Positions 12,064-25,500 of a stretch of 64,000 nucleotides of DNA are shown here, piece after piece. The position numbers were made by a program, and so were the translations under genes. Each line of letters opens with the position of its first letter. Position 1 is the stretch's first letter. The notes under the pieces were generated by a model. That model did not search any database, was not told the DNA's origin, and was given only the letters and a program-made list of their open reading frames with translations. Source of the stretch: Laetmonice hystrix (Eukaryota); NCBI GenBank assembly GCA_965235115.1, contig OZ249442.1:28706001-28770000 (forward strand), in the 5' to 3' direction.

Positions 12064-14369
12064 TTAAAAAAGAGTTTTCTGGAATGGTCGACCGAACTGT
12101 AGTTTCCATGATGGTGGAGTTTTCCACATTGACTCTGACCTACGATGCTTGTCAGTCTCTGGTAATTCCTGAAGTCAGTAAAAACACGAAAATGAGGAAT
12201 TGCTCTATGTTGAACAGTTTTCTTATCAATAATGATTTCTACTCAATTAACACAAGGTCCACTTTTTGAATGATGTCGGTTCAATCTACCTTGGTCTTCT
12301 CTGTTTAATACATGATTGGTAAACCATAACACTCCAGGGAGAGTCAGACCCTACACTGAATGGTTGTGTCGTTTGCCTTGACTTACCACAAGATGGAGCC
12401 ACCTTATTATATCATTAACTTACCACAAGATGGAGCCACGAGTTGAGATGGGATGCTAGCCCGATAGCATCTATTGCATTATCTCCTTCAGAGCAAAACA
12501 GCAGCAGAACTGCAGCGTGAATCCCAGCATCTATACTGCAACAGTCATCAGTAAAATATATTATTAACACTGAAGGAACTGTAGATTAATGCCATCAACT
12601 CAAACTGAAGCATAATTTCATTCGTGACAAACGCCGAGTATGAAATAAAAAGTTTTTCTCGTTACCATACCATTTTTCGTAAAGACTCCTAGCAATCCCG
12701 CTGCCTGGTAGGAAGAGCCCTGTGCTGCACCCTGTTGATGGATCAGCTGGTGCCCGCCGTTCCAATTCTTGCCAGCCGAGCTTCCCGCGCAGTTCTTCAC
12801 CAACGGCTGTCTCCATTGGAGGAGTGAGGAGATATCTTAACTGAGATCTGAATGGGCAGCAGTATATTTCATTAGTTTTTCTCAGCAATCATAAAAGTTT
12901 GTAACCATGGGAGCTTTTACCTTCAAGGAGTTGTAACCTGAGGCATAATAAAGTGGGAAGAGGTTCACTAATCTTATCATAGGTAGGTAATAATCAACTG
13001 TAAATTCTTTATCAGAAGCCACAGCTTTAATAATTAGAGCAAGGTGCAGTACATTCAACTTGGGGAATAAAAATGTGGCCTTAAGGAAATTAAAAATTCA
13101 GGGCGTGGCTTCAATTCAAACTGTGGCTTCATCAAATACAGATTTTAGTATTTACAAGATTTTCAACACGTTTTAATTACAGCATTCTTACCCTGTGAGT
13201 TGCTTGTCGATTCGTTCATGTGCATAGCTACTGGTTGGGATGATGATACGAGTGAAGTGACATGACTTGATCCATTCCATCAGCTGTGAGACAAACTCTG
13301 CTTTCTTTCCCTAAAATCAAAATTCACAAAATAAGCCAACCATAAATCATGACCTAAAGAAGAATTTGTTATACTGTTCTCTTCAATGTATAAAATTGTA
13401 TAATTGTAAGTATAAAAATGTATAAAAACCCAGACAAACGACCTACCTTCACCAAGGGAGCCCTCTGTTGAACTATTACTAACTTATGTTGTTTGCACTC
13501 ATACACTGTAACAGGCAATACACAAGGTAAACGAAATATTAATTAGCAAACAGCTATCCCAGCCTCTCCCCCGTCTCACAAAATCTGACTTTAAATATGC
13601 TGACTCAAACATTTCTCTTTAATTAATTCACTAACAGGTAAAATATTAACCTATCACCGGATAACAATGTCTATAAAAATCCTGCTTACATACCTTCTGC
13701 AGCAGTCATAAGATTACAGGTGTGTGCGGTACTGTCAGTGGTGAAGGGATCATTGCCAATAACAGGTAAGATGTTGTCATTGTATAGGAAACCCACTTGT
13801 GTAACTGGTAATGTTGACAGCAACAAGTCGACGGTCAACTGACCAACGTTACCCACAGACACAGCAGGCTGAAAGGAAAGGATGTTGTGTATAAAAAAAT
13901 AACACAATTTGGGCTTCTGCTAGCCATTTGCCATGTTCGCATCAATGGCGAAAAAAATGGTGAAATGGAACATAATAAAACACACCATGTGTTTCCATGC
14001 TGACAAACTCTAAAATCTGGATGGAGGAAATTCATGCCATCTATTTTCGTGCACACCTCCCCAGGTTTTATATATTTAGTTTTGGAAAAGCAGTTGGTTA
14101 AACAAATTCTGACGTGGCTAAACATTTGGTTACCCGTTTAGCCACGATGGCTAAGGACTGTTCTTGCATAGAGGAAGCCCTGACAATCATCTTACAACTA
14201 AATCAATGGTGTGATAAATGGACAATTGTAGCCTTATTGTAAGTTAGTGTGAGAATTGCCATTTAATTCAGGGGGTGAATCACAGGTATGTTTGTAGATG
14301 AAAACCTCTTACCATAATGAGCATGAAATCCTCCCACTGCTTGTCACTCAGGTCCACCGCCACATACAT
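12064..14369 (-). CDS. PSMG2: Proteasome assembly chaperone 2 (PAC2), 7 coding exons, ~267 aa
   Basis: Minus-strand exons 14369-14313, 13868-13694, 13505-13447, 13310-13192, 12847-12671, 12535-12424, 12168-12064; GT-AG and phase-consistent. Motifs PAVSVGNVGQLTVDLL, PVIGNDP, LRYLLTP, PGSGI, CSEGDNAIDA, WKTPPSWKLQFG. Confidence 0.96.
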
Positions 14370-15257
14370 GATTCGTCAACACTTCTTACAACTTCACAAG
14401 TTAGATCGTCGAGGTCTGTATGAGAATGAAAAGTGGTAATTTATCTGACTTAGATATTTAACAACTTACAAGAATCGAACCCAAAAATGTAAAGTCTTCT
14501 GTTATTTTGTTATCTATCTGCTTACAGTTTGGCATCGTACTAAAAAAAATCCTGGATTCTGCCACTGTAATCCAGGATTTTTTTTCAGAGCGGATCTAGT
14601 TTTCTTCATTGGGGGGGGGGGGGGGGGGGGGCCACAGCTAGGTGTACAACTCAATATTTAGCCTAATCTTCTGTTCATTTACAACTACAACACGCCCTGT
14701 GGGGTGATATGATAAAATTTGTTAAAAGTTGGCCGGGAGGTCGAGCCATGAGCGAGGGGGTGGGGGCTCGCTTGCTTTCCTCCTTCCTTGCCTTGGCCCT
14801 AGAGGGATTACAGTCATAAGTTATAACGTCCACAAATCACAACGCCCACAACAACGGCCAGTTACACTCACAACGCCCAATTTGCTTTTTGGGGCGCTAT
14901 GCACATGATCGGCAGGAGGGGCGCCATATGTCCATGACCACCTTGTCCGGACCACCGCGGGGGGGGGGGGGGGGGGGGGGGGGGTCTGTAACCCCCCCTA
15001 GGTGCCAAAGATTTCTTTTTTTTTAGGCTTTTTAGGTCCTAACTAATACTTCGATCCGTCCACTGTAACCCCCCTCCCGGCACCAATAACGGGCCGCCAA
15101 TAACCCCCCCCCCCCCCCCCGCACCAATCTCTGGGCACGGCCCCCCCCCCGATCCGCCAGTGTAACGTTACGTTAGTCCTAGTTTGGCCGGACCATTAAA
15201 ACCCTTCTAGATCTAGATACGCCTGTAGACGCAACCAATACATCATTCAGTACTCAC

Positions 15258-15920
15258 TGGTAAGGCAGGTACGTGTGCTGAGCAATAAAATGACTTGACT
15301 AACTTGTGGTCTGCGCTCACCGGCGAAATAGATTAGGCAAAAGTAGATTACGCCAATGGTAAGTCTACCCAATTTAACGTTTGTATCGTTCATTAATAAA
15401 TCACTAGATGGCGCTGTAGTACTTTGGTTTCTCAGAATACCGGTAGGGGTAGAGCTGACTGGTTCCCTGCTCACTCCTCCCTCCCCTCGGAGATTGAGAC
15501 AGGTACACACCAGCCTTGATCATCACGCCCTCTGGCAGCATAAAGTCTCTGAATCTGTCGCCATCTTGCTTCGAATCGGTTTAGCGGTGACGTCATGGTC
15601 GTGTTTCTGGTAAAAGTGGAATCGCAGCGGGACGTGAATAGCTAGCAGCACTCTGGCCGGGAATCTGCGGGGTTCGTTCCGCCTGGCGGCCACATAGGCC
15701 TAACAAGTAGGGCAGACAAGCAGACGAAGCCAGGGGGAGAATGTCTAGCTACATTTCAGTTGATTATTCCTTTATTAAAGATCAGACCATCACAGGATTG
15801 TAGGTGGGAACAAGCTTGTTCATGCTGAATAACCTTTAGGCCTATTGATAGTTTGAACTTTTCTAATCCCTTTAATGGGGGAAGCCGCGTCATCGGAAAG
15901 GTGAGTAGAGCCTAGAGGGT
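15258..15920. promoter_or_regulatory. Putative CpG-rich promoter / non-coding first-exon region upstream of PSMG2
   Basis: The PSMG2 ATG exon has a splice acceptor at 14416-14417, so an upstream exon is needed. Minus-strand GTGAG donors at 15257 and 15320; CTCF-like CACTAGATGGCGCTG (15402), YY1-like GCCATCTT (~15560), TGACGTCA (~15588); a plus-strand AG/GTGAGT donor at 15901. Confidence 0.5.
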
Positions 15921-17284
15921 AAACTTAGCATTTTGGCGTACATTTTGCTATTTATTTTTGCTCGGATTCATATACATACGGAATTTACGGTATGGGTAGG
16001 CCACAATCAGTTTACTTTTCTATACAAAGTCAATCTAATTATGATTGTGTGATTGTTTGTATAGGCCTAAGCAGTCGGGTCGTTGATGTTGCATTGGGCC
16101 CTCTCTGGTTGGACGTAGAAATGGCGGATAACGTTGTCACGTGGGATTGGTCTAAAACGGGCCATGGGGTCCGTTTCAGGCCTATAGACCACAGGGGGCC
16201 CATTATAACCTCGCCTTACCACATTTATACCTATCGTGAAATTCCTCTCGTGGAGAAAGGAAAAACGCGAGCATGACACGCGAAAAAGTTTCCGACAGCT
16301 TAGCAGGTGAAAGTGCAATGCTCACGCTGCATGCAAATAATGAGTCTCGATCATCCAGACCCGGAGCGGCCCGAGTATGAGAGTCGGGTGACCGACTTAC
16401 AAAGAATGGACCCACGAAGACTGTTCCGGGCGTGAGGGCGGCGATTTTGTCTGCAAAGTCTGTCAAATATATAGGACACCCCCCCCCACACACACACAAA
16501 ACAAAAAACTTAAAGGAAATCTGTCCAAAAATTAAAAAAAAAACAATTCAACTAAACTTGAGTCAAAACAATTATTTTAAGGGGTTTCTATCAGTCTGGT
16601 ACCATGGCGCGTCCATATCGACAGTATTTTCAATTAATTAATTAATTAAGCGTTTACCTATTTGGCTTGAGACGAGAGCATGCGAATCAAATCATGCCCT
16701 TATTTGGATTATGGGGGAGGGCGGGCGGAGCAGTGCGAGGCAACGCATGCGCCCAATCGCGTCGCTATAGTAACGACCGCTCTAACAACGCTAACGCGGC
16801 CATGGCGGTCGTTCTTGGTTCTCAGTCCATTAAGATGAAAAATATGGGCCGTATCGCCTCATTATGGCTCATAATCAACAATAGAAAAAGCACAACAATG
16901 TTATGGATAGGCCTACGACAGAATGTTTTATCATTCCGGGGGCCCGTTTTAACCCAACTACCGTGGGTAAAAGGGGCATTTAACATTAAGTTTTCGTTTG
17001 TGCGATGGAAGCACGATAGGGGACGCAAGGAGGTCACGACACATCGCAAGAAATCTCGAGAACTGTGACGTTGCGATCATAGTCTCGTCACTTTAGCATT
17101 GCGACAGGAGCCGGCAGTTGTATTTCATTGTTAGGGCGCTTTCATTGTTGGACCTTAGAAAACAGCACCAACCTGTTTTACGTATGAAAAAATACGTTTC
17201 ATGGTTTCAGATGTCAAAATTAACAAAAGATCTGGTCGATGTTTGAAAGTGTGTTTTCTCATCATTATGTTAACCCTCTATTAA

Positions 17285-17582
17285 AGATGCATATTATGAG
17301 GAAACGCGAAAAATCGGTATTTCAAAAAACAAAGACAGACTTATCAGTTTCATTTTGCGTGAGAAATCGAAGTTTATGAAGCTCCCTTGCCCGCTTCTGC
17401 CGATTTCGTAAAATATTTTTGGGTGGCATTCTGATGCCGGACGATCGAGTGCAACTGCTGAATTGTTTACAACTATGCGAAGCACATGACTAAGCACATG
17501 CAGAGAGTGCACACACAGGATGTGATGCAGTATGCAAATACACTGGTTGATGGTAGGTTGTCTACCATGGTAGCATGCCCCT
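17285..17582. mobile_element. Internally deleted TTAA element (Kolobok-like), relative of 54723-55689
   Basis: TTAA|AGATGCATATTATGAGGAAACG ... CATGCCCCT|TTAA; sequence blocks are colinear with the 967-bp copy. Confidence 0.75.
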
Positions 17583-19591
17583 TTAACCAGTGTAGCTCAC
17601 GTGCTACATGGATTAATAGGGCTAATTTGGTGGCCAATTTATTTCGTGTTTACCTTTATTAACCAATGTAGTATATGAGCTACTATACTACTATAGGTCG
17701 TTTAATAAACACTTAATGTACAGCACCCTTAATTGATTGCCTATGAGCCGGTAGACAAGATAGCTGTCTCTACCGGTGGAAATCAGAGTAGATTGAAGGT
17801 GGGGGTTCTTTGATAATCTCAGTACCCTACACTATAAATACTTCTGAAATTTGTTGTCATTTGATACCTAGAACTCATAGTTTATGTATGCATACAATAT
17901 TTTTTTTAAAAAGGTCCATCAATTTTGAAGCGGAGCATGCCAAATTCTGTGTAGCACACATGCTACACTGGTAAATATCCCATGGATCAGTTAGGGTCAG
18001 TCAGTGTGGGGGTCATTTTGGGTGTGTGTGTAGGGGTCACTCGGGGGTGTGAGGTTAGTGGGGGGGGGGGGGGGTCAGGGGTTAGGTTAATTGGGAGTGT
18101 GGGGCGAGTCGGGGACTCGGTCGGCGGTCGGGGTTCCCCCGATTGACCGCCCCCCTAGTGACACCCCCCCCCTTTCAAATCCCCCCACGAGTCACCGCCA
18201 CTGACCCCCGAACGTGGCTGCGCCCCCCCCCCCCCCACACACACACACCGTGATCCCGACTGAGCTCTAGACTGACTGCCCCCCGACTGACTGCCCCCCC
18301 CCCCGACATAACCCCCTCCCCCTGACAGACCTTATTCACCCTATTGACCCCCACCCCTGACTAACTCCACGGCCACACCCTTTTACACACCCGGAGGGTT
18401 AGTTAGTCTGGGGCTCGTGACAGTCGGTGTGTGTGTGTGTTAGGGGGGGTTATCCGGGGGGGGGGGGCGGGGCCAGTCAGGGCGGTGAGTCGGGGCGGGG
18501 GTAAGTCAGGGGTCATAGTCATTTACCAGTGTAGCTCACGTGCATCACTCTGACTACTTCCGGCGATACTGCGCTTGCGCGTCGCTTGCGCTTATAGTAG
18601 CTCTGACACCACCACCCTTTTCATGTGCAGATTTTGCACATGCAGTTCCAGGCCTAAGCACTCTGACATAGGCCTAGATCAATGCGCTTTTTTGTTTTCC
18701 AATATTGAACAATAAAAGACTTGTTAATGGTTTCCTTGCATTTATCATTAGGCCTAGTAATTGTCCGATAGTTATTTGACAGTTTGCCGGTAGATGTTGG
18801 TAGTAACCTGTTATAGGTGGGAGAAGCGAATGTTTAATTTTTCCGGAAGGGATTTAGTTCTACGCGTATGGGTGGGTGGCGGTAGCCTCGATCCCATGAC
18901 CCTTTGCGCGCACAGCTTACGATAACGAGCCATAACGGGGCAGGTGTTTGGCCTAAGGTGGAGGAAGAGAGATGGCGCTGCGGTTGGAGAATGCCTACCT
19001 ATCACTAATATGACGTCACACAACGTCACACACCAACTCAGTGATATCCCCAAATTCAGCTAGCCTACCGTACTGTAAAACACGAATAGGAAATCATATG
19101 TGATCTTTTTTTTTCAAAACACAACAATGAGGTACCTCTGCATATATGCCTACCCTCGAATTAGTCTTACCGGGGCAGAGGGTCTTTAATTTAAACATAA
19201 TGCCGTACGTAGCCTAATGGCTAATCTGTGTCAAAAAGCATGCCTATCCCTGCCCAGGGGGGGGTGCACTAACGTAGGACTACTCCTACGTAGGACTGGT
19301 CCTAAATGCAGTTCTAGGACTGTTAGTGCAACGAGCCCCAGGACCTGCATGATGAATGTCCAAAAATTGGGCCTACTCGATGTGGCGCGAAACCCATGTC
19401 TTCAACACAGCGCTGTGCTCAGTTTGGCTTGGATATAAGGGGCCCACACGGAAATGCGCAGACAGATGCGCACGGTACATTTTACCGCCATAGCATAGAA
19501 GCAGCGGACATCGAAGGGAGGATTGTGTCACGGAAGGCATCGCAATATTAATACATTCTGGTGTTGTTTCGGTAGTTACCGACATACAGCC

Positions 19592-22500
19592 ATGGCAAAT
19601 GCATTGGCAAGACGAACCGCAAGAAAGAGGTCCATAACTGGTCGTATTTTGGGCTCACAATATACAGGAAATAGCATTTCAAATTTGAGTCAGGTGAGAC
19701 AATTTTCTGTGTCCTGACTTGGGGTGAGAAGGGCCGTTTCCGTGAGACCGTACGTCGAGGTCCTAATATTTTCTCGACATCAGAATATGCGTAAAGAAAA
19801 CAACTTTTCTCGCAGTTCTTTTGAAAATATACTTATTATATAATGTATGTGAAGAAGAAGAATCATTTCTTGGCGGTAATTGTGATGGTGGCTACGTTTT
19901 CGTTTTCCTCCTAATGAATGCAGGAGGTTCGTGGTCGACTCGATTGAGTTGGTCTGAACTGCGCACTGAACGGCTTGCCGAGGCCGTGCGGGCCCGACTC
20001 GCTGCCGTTCCCAAACGCCTGCGCTAGTCACAACTACGTCGTGCGGCCTGGCGGAGTAGAATTTGCCTTCGGGTTTCATGCTTTCTGTCGCTTACAAACG
20101 AACAATGATATTATTCAGTTTTCTGATAAGTTTTAACAATAATGCCGGTACATTGAATATTGGGTCCCGACGGGCGCTGGATACCGGCGGGGTCCTTTGC
20201 CTTTGGCTTTGCCTGGTTTTTTTTTGGCAATGCCCAGCTGCCTCGTTGACCGTCGGAGGTGGCATTCGGGTGGTCCGTTGACACTGCCATTGCCTGGCAC
20301 CCTCCGCTAGTGGCAGTGTCAACCTCGACTTGAGTCTAGTTTTTATGGGCACACAATGATCCCAATCTTACTCTTAGTTAGTAACTTAGTACGTATTTCA
20401 ATTTTTAATTCATAACATATTTTGTTATAATTATTTGCATTGATTGGCAACTGTCAATATTTCATTCAATCTGTTCTCTGTATTTGCTCTTTAGTTTACT
20501 TTAGGTAATGGATTTACCAAGAAAAACTATCAAATTTAGACTTCGACAGGTCCATGGCAATAATTAGCTCTGTCGTACATGTTTTTTTGCTCTTCCAAAA
20601 ATAATGTTTCAAGAAGTCAGGACGTGAGGTCATCAAAATACCCTTTACTGGCTTTAGGCATAACCTTTTATGTAATGCATTTCTGGAGGCTAGTGGATGT
20701 ATGGAGAACCAGGGGGGAGTTGCACTAACGGTCCTAAAAGCGAATTGAGTTTAGGACCACTTTTTAGCCTTCATAAAAAACCTTATGTCTAAGGGTAAAA
20801 ATGTGTATTGACTGTTTTTATTACTTCGTTTAGTTAAAAGACATTATTAGAATTTAAAAAGAAAATTGTGACCTTCACCTAGGATTCGTCTTTGAGATTT
20901 ATTTAAAATCTTGCCCAGTTCTACGTAGGACCAGTCCTATCGTTAGTGCAATGCAGGGATGTGCTCATATTGGACAGGCTTGCGCCCGGCACAAAACTAA
21001 AAAGGTTCAAGTGCCGCCCAGCAGGAATTTTTATTAGGCCTATCTGATAAATGTGTGTACATATTAACTTCTCGTACCGTCTCTTGTTCGTTCAATACCA
21101 AGGCGCTAACCAAACGGCCCCCACCCGCACCCCTTGTTGACTGAAAACTCTGCGCCTTTGGTGCTAGTGCACAACTACCGCCCAGCAATTTTTTCTGGGC
21201 ACATCCCTGGAGAACTCCTATCCCAGGGCTTGAAGTACTTTTGGTTTGTAGAAGCAGTAATAGGCAATATTTTGCCACTCATTGCTTAATTTGATTCGCA
21301 ATAGACTGATCTTTAACATGCCCCTTCACATAGTGACACACAGACACAGCCAGCCTTTGAGAAAGCAGTCAGCAGCACTGCTATGCAGACAAGTCCTCAG
21401 AAATAAATTCAAGGCCTGTTATATTTTTTCGTGAATTATAGACAATGCAGAACCAGTATGTCTTGTAAAGATATACCCCAAAAAGGAAAAAATATGAAAC
21501 CAGTAGCTGTGACTAAGAATTTTTCTGGGTCCATGTACGCAAGTGTTAAAGAGTGAGTGTTATTTTTTGCTCAGGTTCCTGCCGAGATTATTGAAGAACT
21601 TGACGAACGGCTAGGACTGAATGGAATACCAATGGTCATCAATGAGATGGATGAACTCAGCAGAGACCTCTACTGTGATGAAGATGAATGCCTTGTGATT
21701 CTAAAGGTAAATCTCTATGATAAAAATGATGTAAGTTGATATTTCCTGGATCACATCAGATGGATGCAGTTGGTTCACAGCTGTCTTGGTCAAGATTTAG
21801 AGGTATGGTTTAGTAGTAGTAGTAGTAGTTTTATTGACATTTGAAGCGCAGGTGATGTATACAATATACAAAGAGTTTATACCAACGTAAGCGCTAGGAA
21901 ATGTCCATTAATTAAGCAACACGAGGTAGGGGTAACAATACTATAGGATGCAAGACTCTTCGAAATCAAAACGAGGGAAGAAAAACGTCACTGAGACAAG
22001 AAAGAGAGCGTTTTCGAAAATACCCCCGCTAACCGAGGGTGTACACAGCTTTGAGTGCTTTGTGGCAATAGCCTGCCACGAGCTTCGGGTCACCACTCAT
22101 TAGGTCTTGCATGGAGGCAAAGTTTAGGCTGCTGCGAGCACTCCTTAGCGGGCGTGTATGTATGCACTCGAGCAGCACGTGCATTTCGTCCTGCACTCGC
22201 CCACAGGGACAGAGGCGCGCTTCGACGGGGACGCGGGACCAACGGCCCGTCTCCACCCGGAGGGAGTGGGAGCCCAGTCGGATACGCGTCGTTAAGATGC
22301 GTTCACACTCTCAATTAGAGTGTGAACGCATCATGCGTTACAATTAGTTCACAGCTGTCTTGGTCAAGATTTAGAGGTATGGTTTACAATTAGTTCACAG
22401 CTGTCTTGGTCAAGATTTAGAGGTATGGTTTACAATTTTGGTTTACAGCTGTCTTGGTCAAGATTTAGAGGTATGGTTTACAATTAGTTCACAGCAGTCT

Positions 22501-25500
22501 TGGTCAAGATTTAGAGGTATGGTTTACAATTTTGGTTTACAGCTGTCTTGGTCAAGATTTAGAGGTATGGTTTACAATTAGTTCACAGCAGTCTTGGTCA
22601 AGATTTAGAGGTATGGTTTACAATTAGTTCACAGCAGTCTTGGTCAAGATTTAGAGGTATGGTTTACAATTAGTTCACAGCAGTCTTGGTCAAGATTTAG
22701 AGGTATGGTTTACAATTAGTTCACAGCAGTCTTGGTCAAGATTTAGAGGTATGGTTTACAATTAGTTCACAGCAGTCTTGGTCAAGATTTAGAGGTATGG
22801 TTTACAATTAGTTCACAGCTGTCTTGGTCAAGATTTAGAGGTATGGTTTACAATTAGTTCACAGCAGTCTTGGTCAAGATTTAGAGGTATGGTTTACGAT
22901 AAGTTCACAGCTGTCTTGGTCAAGATTTAGAGGTATGGTTTACAATTAGTTCACAGCAGTCTTGGTCAAGATTTAGAGGTATGGTTTACAATTAGTTCAC
23001 AGCAGTCTTGGTCAAGATTTAGAGGTATGGTCACGGTTTACAATTACTAGTTCACAGCTGTCTTGGTCAAGATTTAGACTTAGAGGTTTGGTTTTTAGGC
23101 TTCTGATTAGTCATCTTCAACCATGTCTGACTACTAATAACTAATGTAATAAGTTAGAAAAGTATCATGTTACGAGGTAATTCCTCAAGTTACCATAAAC
23201 TACAAGACAACAGGAAGCCAGTCCTTTGTAAAAAGGTATTCATGTAGTAACACAGTGCTGCAAACGGACAGTCACCCACTCGGCCGAGGCAACCAAGTCT
23301 TGGGAGTGGTCAACAAAAACGTTGACACTCGCCCACTTTGGCGACCAAGGACCCGGGCCAGGAAGGAAGGGGCACAGGTTTAAAACGTATCAGGAGGTGC
23401 TGACCGACTTTCAAAGATAGCAAAAGATGGGTTTCAGATGGAGGAGGGGAGGAGGAGAGGGAGGCAGGGGGGGGGGTGTCTTACGGAGGCTAGAGGTCAA
23501 TTACATTGAAGGTAACAAAGACTTAAGAGCCCTTTCTAAATTTAAAAAAATGGTCTCTTTCATTGTTAGGTTGAACCACCAAAATTTAAGGTGGACCACT
23601 AAGTATCTGGACTTACTGGTCCGGTCTAACCACCAAGTTGGTGAAACCTGTTTGCAGCTCACAGGGGCCAGTTGCATGACACTCCGTTTGTTAATTTAAA
23701 TTCCCCATGTATTTTCAATGAGAATTTTAACGAACGGACAGTCATGCAACTGGCCCCTGGTAACAGAAGTGTCGTTGACTTTTTGAGTTTGTGTCATGCA
23801 CTCATGGGACTGATGGCTCACAATCACAGCTATCTGTGAGGTAATATGTGTGACAATACTGTGTTTTCTGGTTTTTCAAACTTGGAGTGTGATGGCTCCA
23901 TGTGTGTGTGTGTGTGTACAGGTGTATATTATGGGTACGTGTGGACGTGTGATGTTATTCTAACTTTGTGTGTACAGTCCAGTGATCAAATGTTCTGCAG
24001 AGCGTGGCACGAGTCTGAGATATTAAGAGATCATTCAGACTATGAACATTGTTAGAAAAAACACCAGGGTTTTCTCCAGACCTGTCCATTTTTGGAGACA
24101 GACCCCTTAAAAAAATTGGTTGCTGCTGCCCAAAAGATTTCTACTTTAATTTAAAAAGGTCAGGTCCCAAGTATTTAAAGCGCATTGATGTATTTTTTTG
24201 TACACCAGTGTTCTCCATGGGATGAAATGTTGCACTGGCGGTGATCTGGGGGTCTGAGTGCCTGCGGGGGGGTCCAGGGGCAGCCTGGATTCACAGGTTT
24301 TTTGGGGGTAAAAGATTCAATCTAAGAACACTTTAAATGAGCAATTTCACTGTGTTAGTACTGCTTCAAAATTGTCATCAGCAGTTCAATTACACCGTAA
24401 AAATCAGTTGTTTGGGTAGATAAATCATAGCGCAGCATGGATGCTCGGTTAAAATGGACACCAGCGGTCACTTTGGTTGCTCAGTACATGTACACCGGCG
24501 GGAGACAAAAGTACACCAGCGGGCCAGCGGCACACTTTGTATATGTGGAGAACACTGTTTACATATGCTAATGAATCAAAATACAAGGTCATGTTTATGG
24601 CTGTTGAATGCATACATGTCATATATTGAATATATTACAACACTCAACAGTGAATGGACTAAGTACTGCCGACCTCCGAGCTGACATGTCTTTAATAGTA
24701 GACCATACCACGTTAGAATATTTTCCAGTATGGCCGCCGTGCCTAACTCAGGGATGTAACTCTTCCGTCATATAGCGGAATTCCACCAACTGCCGTTCCC
24801 CCTAAAAATTGGAAAACAGGCACTGTATTTTCGGACAATTCTTAAGGTAGATTCTGATATCTCTCTTAGGCCTAATGTTAACGTTACCATTTTTATTTGA
24901 TTTCGCCATACCGTCAACATCTCGGTCCTCTGCGTCTGCGTATCCTTCCTGGCCTCATTCCCCAGCTCTCAGTCCCCCAGCCCTAAGTCTACGGTATGGT
25001 GGAGCCGACGGAACCAAGCCCCGCCCCGTTTCCTACAGATTTCTATATAGACTTCTCCATCACCGATTCCGCTTGCTCCGCCTGACGGATGGTCCGACGA
25101 TTTATCTCAGCTCTGATTGGACCAAATACAGACAAAAATAGGAGCACGTGGTGGCTGCGGGACTGCATCTTCAATGTCAAGGTTGACATCTTTCCCGTCT
25201 CCGCAGAGATAACGATAAACTGTCATTTGACGCTCGGTAACTAAGTGATTAAATCCACCAATGCACGGTGGCCTTTACCCAAATCATCGAGAAATGGAGA
25301 GTTACTTCAGGTGGTTGTAGCACACACAGCAGATGGAATACCCGACATGGCTATTTACAGCCGGCCGGGTGACGGGGTGAGCACGGGCGGCAGGCAAACC
25401 CCTAAAAATATTTCCGTCAATTTGGTCCACCCTGAGTTACATCCCTGCTAACTACACCTGATGGGCTGGGAAGTACTATGGTTGCTATGCTGGGTCTTTA

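Noticed and set aside
19780-20352. Several overlapping ORFs in GC-rich DNA
   Set aside because: CpG-rich start of TRPC4AP intron 1; no recognisable motifs or splice-consistent structure.
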